From Prolixibacteraceae bacterium (GTDB taxonomy: Bacteria > Bacteroidota > Bacteroidia > Bacteroidales > Prolixibacteraceae), in assembly GCA_003516705.1 (NCBI GenBank), contig DPCJ01000116.1, positions 45,781 to 109,780 of the forward strand: a stretch of DNA of 64,000 nt, read 5' to 3'. A model generated the notes under the pieces. The model worked only from the letters and a program-made list of their open reading frames with translations, ran no database searches and was not told the DNA's origin. Positions 10,397-19,824 of the stretch are shown piece after piece. Position 1 is the first letter of the stretch, and each line of letters begins with the position of its first letter. The position numbers and the translations under genes were made by a program.

Positions 10397-11464
10397 TTAC
10401 CGGTTATTATTCTGTTCTTTGTTTTGAAGATGGGTTTTAGCTTCGGCGGGTGTACCCAGAAGAATGGCAATCCATAGGGTTTTCTCGTTCTGTTCCATGA
10501 TTATTTTAATCGTCAGTGTGAAAGGAATGGACAGAAACATTCCAACCGGTCCCAGAATAAAACCCCAGAAGATGAGAGAAAGTATTACAACTAATGCCGA
10601 CAAGTCTAATCCTTTCCCCATGAGTTTAGGTTCAATAAAGTTGCCAAGAACATTGTGGATAACCAGAAACGAACCTAAAGTCCAGAGTGCACCGCCTAAA
10701 CCGAGTTGCACAAGTGCAAAGAAAAATGTTGGAATTGTTGCGATAATTGAACCGATATTCGGAATATAATTCATCAGCCCTGCTAATAACGCCCACAAAA
10801 GCGGATAATCAACACCAATGATTAACAGTGAGATATAAATACAAATCCCGGTTGCCAGGCATATCAATGATTTTATGGCAAGATAGTGACGGATATTTTT
10901 CAGAATGGTGGAGAAATACAAAATTGAATGATACGACCCAGTTGTAATTGCTTTTGCTTTTATAAAAAAACTGCCAAATTCCATGAGAATAAATAAAATA
11001 ATGAGTACGATGAGGAAAGAGTTCCCCAGTATGTTTATCAGTACCTTTACTCCATTTGATGTAAATGCCTGAATTCTTTCAGGTTGAATAAGTTTTGTTA
11101 TTTGATCTTCAGGGATATTAAAACCATTTTCGTTTAAAAACTGAATGGTTGAATTGCTGATAGTTGTAATGGTTGATTCGTATTTCGAAACATTGCTCAG
11201 GAAGAAGGATAATGTTCCTCCTATAAGTGAAGTAAATCCGAAAAAAATCAAAATCAAACCCAGAATTACAATAATAATTGCAATCCATTTAGGTATCCTT
11301 TTTCTCTCAAGCCATGTAATAGGTTGAATACAAATAATGCTGATGAAAAGCGCAAGCAGGATGGGAGCGATGATTGCTTTTGCATAAATCACCCCTGCAA
11401 AAATGATAACTAAAGCAGCAAGCTTTAAAAGAGGAGAACCTTCTATTGAACGTATGCTTTGCAT
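10397..11464 (-). CDS. AI-2E family transporter
   Basis: Multi-TM; NYIPNIGS and WGFILGPVGMFLSIP motifs. Confidence 0.88.
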   Translation of the reverse strand: MQSIRSIEGSPLLKLAALVIIFAGVIYAKAIIAPILLALFISIICIQPITWLERKRIPKWIAIIIVILGLILIFFGFTSLIGGTLSFFLSNVSKYESTITTISNSTIQFLNENGFNIPEDQITKLIQPERIQAFTSNGVKVLINILGNSFLIVLIILFILMEFGSFFIKAKAITTGSYHSILYFSTILKNIRHYLAIKSLICLATGICIYISLLIIGVDYPLLWALLAGLMNYIPNIGSIIATIPTFFFALVQLGLGGALWTLGSFLVIHNVLGNFIEPKLMGKGLDLSALVVILSLIFWGFILGPVGMFLSIPFTLTIKIIMEQNEKTLWIAILLGTPAEAKTHLQNKEQNNNR

Positions 11465-11466
11465 AA

Positions 11467-12000
11467 TTAAGCCATTTGCCTTTTCTTTTCAGACAAATTA
11501 TTATCTCGTTCCAACACCCTTACTTTCGCGAGTCGCTGATTGGATGGAATGCTGGTGGGACAATCAGCATTCAGAAAAGTCATGACTTTCTTTTTCGATA
11601 ATGCATATCCTTTGACCTGACCACCGAGGCACCTGACATATAAATCCTCCTCCTCAACTTCAGTACAAGGGGCAGATGGTTTGGTAATTACGGCTGCACA
11701 AACGCCGGGTATTTTATTCACTTCAGCACATGTGATGATCCCGTTTATCCAAAGTAACTGGTTCAGCTTGTTGTTTCCATCAGCAACTGTTTTTGTCAGT
11801 GGAACAACGAAATCAGGATAATTCTCACCTGCAATCAACTCGTAATCGCCAATATCATCCAACTCGTAACCAAGTACATAAAGTGCCTCAATCAGTTTCC
11901 TTTTCAACTCAAACCATCCAAAATCGGTGGCAATGCCAATGCGCATCATTAATCTGGTTCCATCAGCGCTTAAACTGTTTATGTTATTCAGTGTTTCCAT
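11467..12000 (-). CDS. Degenerate RpiB/LacAB-like protein
   Basis: RIGIATDFGWFELK and YPDFVVPL resemble RpiB, but the DH and CGSG motifs are lost; start METLNN. Confidence 0.65.
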   Translation of the reverse strand: METLNNINSLSADGTRLMMRIGIATDFGWFELKRKLIEALYVLGYELDDIGDYELIAGENYPDFVVPLTKTVADGNNKLNQLLWINGIITCAEVNKIPGVCAAVITKPSAPCTEVEEEDLYVRCLGGQVKGYALSKKKVMTFLNADCPTSIPSNQRLAKVRVLERDNNLSEKKRQMA

Positions 12001-12014
12001 TTTGTATTTCGTAA

Positions 12015-12608
12015 TTATGATTTGGATTCCACTTGGGCAATTCTTCTGATTTCCTGAGCAATCTCTTCTGGTGAAAGAACGAAATCGATACATCCGCTAT
12101 CTATTGCACTCTCCGGCATATCAGGTTGCCCGGCAGTTTCCGGCTTTTGCGCAATGGTAATTCCTCCTGCAACTTTTATGTCGCTGAGTGCTGCAGCGCC
12201 GTCACCATCATAGCCTGATACAATGACGGCGATAAGTTTACCTTTCCAGTTTTTTGACATTGAACGCATAAAAACAGTAATCACATCAGGCCACCCCCAT
12301 GGTTTTGATATTGGTTTCAGCCGGAACTCTCCATTCAGAATGTGCAAATCACGTTTTTCAGGGATGATGAAAACATGGTTGGGCTTGATGTCTAATTTTT
12401 CTGTTATCAATTCAACCGGCATCTTTGTGTATTTTGGAAGAATTTCATGCAAAAAAGTTGCTACCTCTCTCAGGTGGTTAACGATGACGATAGCAATACC
12501 CATATCAGCCGTTAAATTTTTCAGCAACCTGATGTAAGCATCAAGCCCACCGGCTGATCCGCCCACACAAACCACGGGGAAGTTTTTAGCAACAATCTTA
12601 GTTTTCAT
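12015..12608 (-). CDS. Stand-alone CheB-type methylesterase domain protein
   Basis: GGSAGG, NHL, SGYDGDG catalytic motifs; no receiver domain. Confidence 0.88.
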   Translation of the reverse strand: MKTKIVAKNFPVVCVGGSAGGLDAYIRLLKNLTADMGIAIVIVNHLREVATFLHEILPKYTKMPVELITEKLDIKPNHVFIIPEKRDLHILNGEFRLKPISKPWGWPDVITVFMRSMSKNWKGKLIAVIVSGYDGDGAAALSDIKVAGGITIAQKPETAGQPDMPESAIDSGCIDFVLSPEEIAQEIRRIAQVESKS

Positions 12609-12973
12609 GTAGGTAAAATGTTATTTTCTCCCTGATCCTCTTCCAGATCAAGATGGTCGTCTCCACCTAAACTGTAGTAATTGTTCTCTTCATCTTCGCT
12701 TCCAATATCTTCCTGATGGTCATCAAGCTCAGCTCCCGGAATATCGAGGTCCTTTTCACTTTGCTCATCATCTGAATCTTTCCTTCTTGATGTATTTGTG
12801 CTGTTCTGATTTTTTGTTTTAGAAATATCTTCAGGATTTATCTCCTCTTCTTCCAAAAAATTTCTGTAAATATCTTCGTTTTCAGGATAAACCGGATATC
12901 CCGGAAGACCATTCTCCTCTTTGTTTTCTGTCTGATTATCAGACATATTTAATTCATTTTTTTGTGCTTTCAT
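12605..12973 (-). CDS. Acidic hydrophilic hypothetical protein
   Basis: D/E-rich; DLDIPGAELDD...EDEENNYYSLGGD motif. Confidence 0.7.
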   Translation of the reverse strand: MKAQKNELNMSDNQTENKEENGLPGYPVYPENEDIYRNFLEEEEINPEDISKTKNQNSTNTSRRKDSDDEQSEKDLDIPGAELDDHQEDIGSEDEENNYYSLGGDDHLDLEEDQGENNILPT

Positions 12974-13027
12974 CCTTTTTATATGAATTTTAAAATATCT
13001 AAGTTATGGCTCAGAGAACAGGAAATT

Positions 13028-13065
13028 GTTACAGAATTTTTGAAAGAAATTACATCATTCACACA
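13028..13065 (-). promoter_or_regulatory. Island regulon site 4
   Basis: GTTACA-N16-TTACATCATTCACACA; TAACTTAG on - strand at 12999-13006. Confidence 0.88.
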
Positions 13066-13111
13066 TTTTTGAATGATTCACGGGTTGCACTATTTTAAGA
13101 AAAACAGGTGC

Positions 13112-13549
13112 TTAGTCGGATTTACTGTTTTTTGATAAACTGTTTTTCTGCTCCTGAAGCAAACTGATGATTTTGTCCAATTTATCCACTTCAATTGACT
13201 TCAACAGGATTGCCAAAGCTTCTATTTCCTGTTTTGCATCTTTATTCGTTTTGTAATCCTGCTCAGCATGTGTTCTGTCGCGCTCGTTTTGCCTGTTTTG
13301 AGACATCATAATTATTGGCGCAGCATAGGCTGCCTGGGTAGAGAAAAGAAGATTGAGCAAAATGAAAGGATAAACATCCCAATGAAACACAAATCCTGCA
13401 AGATTTAATCCCATCCATATAACAACTAAAACTGTTTGCAGAATGATGAACCTCCATGAACCCATCCCTTTTGCTACAGCGTCAGCTAAACGACCACCAA
13501 AACTTAATGTTGCATGATGTTTTTCATGCCAGGTTTTTTGAGTTCCCAT
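13112..13549 (-). CDS. DUF1003 membrane protein
   Basis: GSWRFI...DVYPFILLNL...AAPIIMMSQNRQ. Confidence 0.88.
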   Translation of the reverse strand: MGTQKTWHEKHHATLSFGGRLADAVAKGMGSWRFIILQTVLVVIWMGLNLAGFVFHWDVYPFILLNLLFSTQAAYAAPIIMMSQNRQNERDRTHAEQDYKTNKDAKQEIEALAILLKSIEVDKLDKIISLLQEQKNSLSKNSKSD

Positions 13550-13632
13550 TTTTATTTATTTTAATGTCAGAACTATTTCATTTATTTTCACCAAATTCTT
13601 CAGATCGATGTATTTTATTGTGACTGATATGA

Positions 13633-14655
13633 TTATTTCATTTCCATTTCGTTATTGTATTCACCCTGTCGCGCAGCACGGTTGCACACTGCCCGGTGAT
13701 ACAAAGCTTTCTGTGCTTCAGGCACATTCTTTTCATTTCCATGCCAGATATCCATTGCCGGCTGCTGAATAGCCCTGCCAAATGAAAATGATAATTCCCA
13801 TGGAAGTTTGTTTTTAAACCTTACATTCATTGCATTCAGACGAGCCGAAGCCAACTCAGGAGATTGGCCTCCTGACAGAAACGCAATGCCCGGAACTGCT
13901 GCCGGAACTGCACGTAACAGACATTTGACTGTTGCATCAGCAATTTCATCAATCGAGTCTTGTTTTTTACAAGCCAATCCCGGTACGATCATGTTTGGTT
14001 TTAGAATCATGCCTTCGGGCACAACTCCTTGTTTGTAAAGTTGATTGAAAACCGTATGCAGTACTTGTTCGGTCACTTCAAAACAACGTTCCATCGTATG
14101 ATCACCATCCATAAGCACTTCCGGTTCCACAATCGGTACAATCCCTGCTTCCTGACACAAAGCAGCATAACGGGCCAATGTATGTGCATTTGCTTCAATA
14201 CATGTCTGTGTTGGAATATCTTTGCCAATAGTAATTACAGCCCGCCATTTGGCAAAGCGGAGTCCCATTTTAGCATATTCATTGAGTCGGTTGCGCAAAT
14301 TATCCAATCCTTCGGTAATTTTTTCTTCGGGATGCCCTGCCAAAGCTACAGTACCACCATCAACTTTTATCCCGGGAATAATTCCGTTGTTGGTCAAAAC
14401 ATTGATAAACGAACTTCCATCTTTCAACTGTTGATGAACTGTTTCGTCAAACAAAATGGCTCCACTTATACTTTCATTCAATCCGGGGGTTGAGACAATC
14501 ATTTCTCGATAGTCACGCCTGAGTTCCGGTGTCTGCGGAATTCCTAATTTTGCAAATCGTTTGTTACAGGTTGGATTACTTTCATCCATGGCAAGTATGC
14601 CTTTGTGGTTGGCAACCAATGAATTTGTTGTTTTTATTAATTCTTGTATTTCCAT
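13633..14655 (-). CDS. Class I fructose-bisphosphate aldolase
   Basis: GILAMDES, FAKWRAV, PIVEPEVL, LKPNM, FLSGGQS. Confidence 0.93.
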   Translation of the reverse strand: MEIQELIKTTNSLVANHKGILAMDESNPTCNKRFAKLGIPQTPELRRDYREMIVSTPGLNESISGAILFDETVHQQLKDGSSFINVLTNNGIIPGIKVDGGTVALAGHPEEKITEGLDNLRNRLNEYAKMGLRFAKWRAVITIGKDIPTQTCIEANAHTLARYAALCQEAGIVPIVEPEVLMDGDHTMERCFEVTEQVLHTVFNQLYKQGVVPEGMILKPNMIVPGLACKKQDSIDEIADATVKCLLRAVPAAVPGIAFLSGGQSPELASARLNAMNVRFKNKLPWELSFSFGRAIQQPAMDIWHGNEKNVPEAQKALYHRAVCNRAARQGEYNNEMEMK

Positions 14656-14720
14656 CTTATCTGATACTTAAATTATGAATATTTAAAGAGCCTGCCATAT
14701 TCAAAGTTGAACTACAATTG

Positions 14721-14906
14721 TCAACGAGGTGCAAAAGCGAAGCCAACACTTATTATATAATACATAATACCAACAAACATTAAAAACAAGAAAATCCAAA
14801 AAATCCAGGAATGATGTATCTGCTTCCAGCGTCGTCTGTGGCTGTGTTCAGGCAGTATGTAATCCTGCGTTTCCTTATTCTGCTGATTGTGTTCGTTTTT
14901 ACTCAT
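14721..14906 (-). CDS. Small membrane protein
   Basis: 61 aa with a single C-terminal TM, co-oriented within the operon. Confidence 0.55.
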   Translation of the reverse strand: MSKNEHNQQNKETQDYILPEHSHRRRWKQIHHSWIFWIFLFLMFVGIMYYIISVGFAFAPR

Positions 14907-14958
14907 GATAATCTATCCTGTTTTTATTTCAATTTTCAGTAATACTGATATCGTATTG

Positions 14959-15411
14959 TTACACTTTTCCCTTTTCCAGCGCTGCAACTTTATTCAAACG
15001 GCGGATGTATTTTTCTTCTGCTTTGAAACCGGCTTTAAGAAAAGCTTGCACCAATTCCCATGCGAGGGCAGAGCCGGTAATTCCGCCACCCAGGCACATT
15101 ATATTCATGTCATCATCTTCAACTCCCTGATGTGCAGAGAAGGAATCGGTGATTAACGCAGCCCTGACTCCGTGAACTTTGTTGGCCGCAATACAAGCGC
15201 CAACGCCACTGCCACAAATGGCAAGGCCGTGGGTAACTTCGCCCATTGAAACAGCTTTAGCCAGCGGCACCACATAATCGGGATAATCGTCTCCATCTTT
15301 CAATTCAAAAGCACCGAAGTCGGTAACCACATAACCGGCAAAAGTAAGTGCCGCAACGAGTTGAACTTTTAATTCAAACCCGCCGTGATCGGCAGCAATA
15401 CCAATGCGCAT
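14959..15411 (-). CDS. rpiB: Ribose-5-phosphate isomerase B
   Basis: AADHGG, DDYPD, ICGSGVG, ANK motifs; start MRIGI preceded by AGGAG. Confidence 0.9.
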   Translation of the reverse strand: MRIGIAADHGGFELKVQLVAALTFAGYVVTDFGAFELKDGDDYPDYVVPLAKAVSMGEVTHGLAICGSGVGACIAANKVHGVRAALITDSFSAHQGVEDDDMNIMCLGGGITGSALAWELVQAFLKAGFKAEEKYIRRLNKVAALEKGKV

Positions 15412-15443
15412 GGTTTCTCTCCTGTTCTCTGTGTTTCCTTTTT

Positions 15444-17873
15444 TTAGGTAATTTTCTGATTCCATTTCCAGTTAAGAATTTCAGGCATATCCTGCCCGTT
15501 TTTTTCGATGTACTTTTTGTGACTTACAAGTTTATTCTTCATCAATGTCTTTAGTTTAATGCCTTTGGATCCCGGTTCCGGCAAACGGTTTATCACATCC
15601 TCAACCAGATGAAACCTGTCAATATCATTTAAAACCGTCATGTCGAAGTACGTTGTAATGGTGCCTTCTTCCTTATATCCGCGAACATGGATGTTTTCGT
15701 GGTTGGTGCGTTTGTAAGTCATACGGTGCACCAGCCAGGGATAGCCGTGGAATGCGAATACAACGGGTTTGTCGGTGGTGAATAAGGCATCGAAATCACG
15801 ATCAGTCAAGCCGTGCGGATGTTCAGTGTCCGGTTGCAGTTTCATCAAATCAACCACATTCACAACGCGTATTTTCAACTCCGGTAAATGCTCCCGAAGG
15901 ATTGAAACTGCGGCAAGGGTTTCGAGGGTTGGCACATCACCGCAACAGGCCATCACTACATCAGGTTCTGTTCCCTGGTCGTTGCTGGCCCATTCCCAAA
16001 CGCCAATTCCCCGGGTGCAATGTTCAATTGCTGCGTCCATGGTCAACCATTGAGGCGCCTGGTATTTTCCTGCAATCACCACATTCACGTAATTCCTGCT
16101 CCTTAAACAGTGATCCCAGACCGACAGTAAACAGTTGGCATCGGGTGGGAGATAGACCCGCACCACTGACGCTTTTTTGTTCACCACATGATCGATAAAA
16201 CCAGGATCCTGATGGGTAAAACCATTGTGGGCCTGTTGCCACACATGCGATGCAAGCAGGTAATTCAATGAAGCGATTTCCTTTCTCCAGGGCAATTCAG
16301 CGCTAACTTTCAGCCACTTGGCATGTTGGTTAAACATCGAATCGATAATATGTATGAAGGCTTCGTAACAGTTAAACAACCCATGCCTTCCAGTGAGGAG
16401 ATATCCTTCTAGCCATCCTTCGCACTGGTGTTCGCTCAGTACTTCCATCACCCGTCCATCCGTTGCCAGAAACTCATCGGTCTTTTTAATTTTGGTAACC
16501 CATTGCCGGTTGGTGACTTCAAAAACAGTGTTTAGCCGGTTCGAAAGTGTTTCGTCGGGTCCAAAAATCCTGAAATTTCTCTGTTTTTCATTTAGCGTAA
16601 TCACCTCGCGGAGAAATTCCCCAAGCTCATGTGCGTCGGCAGCTTGCACCGATCCGGGTGAAGGAATCTTAACTTCGTATTTTCGAAAATCCGGCATATT
16701 CAAATCATGTAACAGCAAACCTCCGTTTGCGTGTGGATTTGCTCCCATCCGCCGGTTGCCTTCGGGTGCGAGTTCTGCCAGTTCAGGTAAAAGAGTGCCT
16801 TTTTCGTCAAATAGTTCCTCTGGTTTGTAGCTTTTCATCCATTCTTCAAGGAGCTGCAAGTGGTCAGGATGTTCGGCATCAATCTGTATCGGTATTTGGT
16901 GAGAACGAAAAGTACCCTCATTTTTTACACCGTCAACTTCTTTTGGTCCTGTCCAGCCTTTGGGTGACCGAAGCACAATCATTGGCCAGCGTGGCCGGTC
17001 AGTGTCATTTTTTTCGCGGGCATGGTTTTGGATTTGCCTGATTTCGACAATGGCCTTTTCCAGAACCTTAGCCATAAGTTTATGCATCTTAACCGGTTCA
17101 TCGCCTTCAACAAAATGAGGTTCCCATCCATAGCCATGAAACAGTTGTTTCAGTTCCTTTTTTGAGATGCGTGCAAGTACAGCAGGATTGGCAATTTTGT
17201 ATCCGTTGAGGTGCAGAATTGGCAAAACGGCACCATCGGTAATCGGGTTCAAAAATTTATTCGAATGCCAGGCAGTTGCCAGCGGACCGGTTTCTGCTTC
17301 GCCATCGCCAACTACGCACGCAACAATCAGTTCGGGATTGTCGAATGCGGCGCCAAATGCATGACTTAGTGAATATCCAAGTTCGCCGCCTTCATGGATC
17401 GATCCCAGACATTCAGGCGAAACATGGCTCGGAATTCCTCCGGGAAAAGAGAACTGGGTAAACAGTTTTTTCAATCCATCTTCATCCTGTGTAATGTTTG
17501 GATAAACTTCGCTGTATGTACCTTCAAGGTATGTATTTCCTACAAGTGCAGGGCCGCCATGGCCAGGACCGGAAATGTAAATCATGTCCAGATCGTACTT
17601 TTTTATGACACGGTTGAGGTGTACATAAATAAAGTTCTGCCCGGGAGTGGTTCCCCAATGCCCAAGCAGCATCGACTTTACATGCGACAATTGGAGTGGT
17701 GCGCGAAGCAAAGGATTGTCGCGGAGATAAAGTTGCCCGACTGACAGATAGTTTGCAGCACGCCAATAAGCGTTCATCTTACACAGAAGTTGCTTTGAAA
17801 GCGGCTTATTCTTAATTCTTTTCTTTTTTACTTTGTCAACCTTTTTCTTTTCAGAATCTATTTTTGTTTTCAT
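15444..17873 (-). CDS. xfp: Phosphoketolase (XFP)
   Basis: [33 protein letters not shown]. Confidence 0.95.
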   Translation of the reverse strand: MKTKIDSEKKKVDKVKKKRIKNKPLSKQLLCKMNAYWRAANYLSVGQLYLRDNPLLRAPLQLSHVKSMLLGHWGTTPGQNFIYVHLNRVIKKYDLDMIYISGPGHGGPALVGNTYLEGTYSEVYPNITQDEDGLKKLFTQFSFPGGIPSHVSPECLGSIHEGGELGYSLSHAFGAAFDNPELIVACVVGDGEAETGPLATAWHSNKFLNPITDGAVLPILHLNGYKIANPAVLARISKKELKQLFHGYGWEPHFVEGDEPVKMHKLMAKVLEKAIVEIRQIQNHAREKNDTDRPRWPMIVLRSPKGWTGPKEVDGVKNEGTFRSHQIPIQIDAEHPDHLQLLEEWMKSYKPEELFDEKGTLLPELAELAPEGNRRMGANPHANGGLLLHDLNMPDFRKYEVKIPSPGSVQAADAHELGEFLREVITLNEKQRNFRIFGPDETLSNRLNTVFEVTNRQWVTKIKKTDEFLATDGRVMEVLSEHQCEGWLEGYLLTGRHGLFNCYEAFIHIIDSMFNQHAKWLKVSAELPWRKEIASLNYLLASHVWQQAHNGFTHQDPGFIDHVVNKKASVVRVYLPPDANCLLSVWDHCLRSRNYVNVVIAGKYQAPQWLTMDAAIEHCTRGIGVWEWASNDQGTEPDVVMACCGDVPTLETLAAVSILREHLPELKIRVVNVVDLMKLQPDTEHPHGLTDRDFDALFTTDKPVVFAFHGYPWLVHRMTYKRTNHENIHVRGYKEEGTITTYFDMTVLNDIDRFHLVEDVINRLPEPGSKGIKLKTLMKNKLVSHKKYIEKNGQDMPEILNWKWNQKIT

Positions 17874-17882
17874 GTGTGTAGA

Positions 17883-18662
17883 TCATTTGTTATCAGTAAG
17901 AATTTGTCTTTCTGTCGGATCCTGTTTCCAATAAACATCGCGATTGTAATACCGGTGCAACTGGTTTTCATAATCACGGGTCAGCAGGTTTTCTTCTGAA
18001 TATTCAGGTGATTGCATAATGCTTTCGCGTGAAAGATTTACAAATACTTTCAAATCGTCCCAGCTTACATGGTCAATCCATTTTGGTGAAACCAATACCT
18101 TTTTTCCGGCCCACCAACTTGCAGTATTGATGATTAGATAACGAATTGTCCATGTTTCGTCGTCAATAATAAAATCGTCAACATGGCCTAATTCTCCGTC
18201 AGTGGCCTCTATTTTCTGGCCGGTTACAAAATTGGAACTGCGCAGATTGGGATCCCACTTTTTTTTGTTTTGGGCGGTCACTTTCCTTTCTCTGTTGTCG
18301 TGAACAATAAAGGGATAATCTCCCCAAATATCGGAGCCGTTCCAATAAGAGGGCCATTCATAATAACCATGATAGTCCACCTCGAACTGTTTTGATACGG
18401 GCTTGTCGCTATCAAGAGACGGACTGTTTTCTATCTGTTTTTTTGTCAGATTAATTCCAATTAGTTCATCTTCTTTATTTACTGAAATCAATGCAAGCGG
18501 TGAAATCAGCACTTGCCGGCCTGTAAGCCAGTTGCCGGTATCGGCAACCAGATAGCGAATAGTCCAGTGTTTGTCGTCGAAGTAGAATTCCTTCACTTTT
18601 CCAATTTCACCATCTTTGCTGTCTAATTTGTACCCTTTTAGTGTTTTTGCTTTAATCAACAT
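17883..18662 (-). CDS. Tandem PRC-barrel domain protein
   Basis: Two repeats of DGE(I/L)G..D..WTIRYL. Confidence 0.85.
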   Translation of the reverse strand: MLIKAKTLKGYKLDSKDGEIGKVKEFYFDDKHWTIRYLVADTGNWLTGRQVLISPLALISVNKEDELIGINLTKKQIENSPSLDSDKPVSKQFEVDYHGYYEWPSYWNGSDIWGDYPFIVHDNRERKVTAQNKKKWDPNLRSSNFVTGQKIEATDGELGHVDDFIIDDETWTIRYLIINTASWWAGKKVLVSPKWIDHVSWDDLKVFVNLSRESIMQSPEYSEENLLTRDYENQLHRYYNRDVYWKQDPTERQILTDNK

Positions 18663-18689
18663 AACTGTTTTCCTTTCATTAATTAATAA

Positions 18690-19820
18690 TTATTGTTTTT
18701 CTGACTTTTTTGCCAATGCTTCCATCAACTTATCAAAAGGTTCGTTGAACTTTACGATACCTTCATCTTCAAGCTGTTGAGTGATATTATCAATATCAAT
18801 TCCAAGTTCAGGAAGGCTGTCCAATACCTGGTTAGCCTTTTTTATATCTTGTTCGATTCGTGATTTTGGGTCTCCGTGATCACGGTAAGCATCGATGGTT
18901 TGAGGTGGAACTGTATCTACAGTGTTCGGCCCGATAAGAGCCTCAATGTATTTTATATCGCTGTATTTTGGGTTCTTGTTACTTGTACTGGCCCAAAGTA
19001 AACGTTGAACACGCGCACCTTTTTCTTCGAGTTTTTTAAACCGGGCGCTGCCAAAAACTTTTTTATAAATCTGATAAGCAGCCCGTGCGCTCGAAATTGC
19101 AACTTCTCCCAGAGCCATCTTCGCCATTTCTTTTTTTTCGTTATCTGATGCTATGATTTTTTCAAGTAAAGGATCAATCAGCGTATCAATCCTGCTTAAA
19201 AAGAAACTGGCCACCGAGGCAATATTATTTACAGGTTTTCCCTGTTTTAAGCGGTCTTCAAGTCCTTCAAGAAAAGCTTCAGCAACTTCCCTGTAACGGG
19301 GTAAGCCAAACAGCAGTGTCACATTTACATTAATACCTTCGCTGATGAGTTGCCTGATGGCTGGCAATCCTTCAACTGTTGCCGGAACTTTGATTAAAAC
19401 ATTTGGCCTGTTTAAAGCCGTCCACAACCGACGGCCTTCTGCAATGGTGCCATCGGTATCGTTTGCCAGATGGGGATTGACTTCCAGACTCACAAAACCA
19501 TCTTCTCCGCATGTTTTTTCATACAAAGGCCGGAAAACGTCAGCGGCTTTCTGCACATCGTGCTGGCTGATTGCTTCATAAATGGTATTTACATTTTTGT
19601 TTTCAGAAGCCATTTTGCGAATATCTGTATCGTAAATATTACTATCTGCAATGGCTTTCTCAAAGATGGCCGGGTTCGAGGTCATACCGCTCAACCCGTC
19701 ATTTTCAATCAGCAGATGAAGATTTCCGTCAGTAATCAAATCACGCCGGATGTAATCGAGCCAGATTGACTGACCTAATGTTTCGAGTTTTTTTAATGGA
19801 TTTATTGTCATGCTATTCAA
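18690..19820 (-). CDS. tal: Transaldolase
   Basis: SIWLD, TSNPAIF, SLEVNP, IKVPAT, NVTLLF, RLLWAST. Confidence 0.93.
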   Translation of the reverse strand: MNSMTINPLKKLETLGQSIWLDYIRRDLITDGNLHLLIENDGLSGMTSNPAIFEKAIADSNIYDTDIRKMASENKNVNTIYEAISQHDVQKAADVFRPLYEKTCGEDGFVSLEVNPHLANDTDGTIAEGRRLWTALNRPNVLIKVPATVEGLPAIRQLISEGINVNVTLLFGLPRYREVAEAFLEGLEDRLKQGKPVNNIASVASFFLSRIDTLIDPLLEKIIASDNEKKEMAKMALGEVAISSARAAYQIYKKVFGSARFKKLEEKGARVQRLLWASTSNKNPKYSDIKYIEALIGPNTVDTVPPQTIDAYRDHGDPKSRIEQDIKKANQVLDSLPELGIDIDNITQQLEDEGIVKFNEPFDKLMEALAKKSEKQ

Positions 19821-19824
19821 GAAT

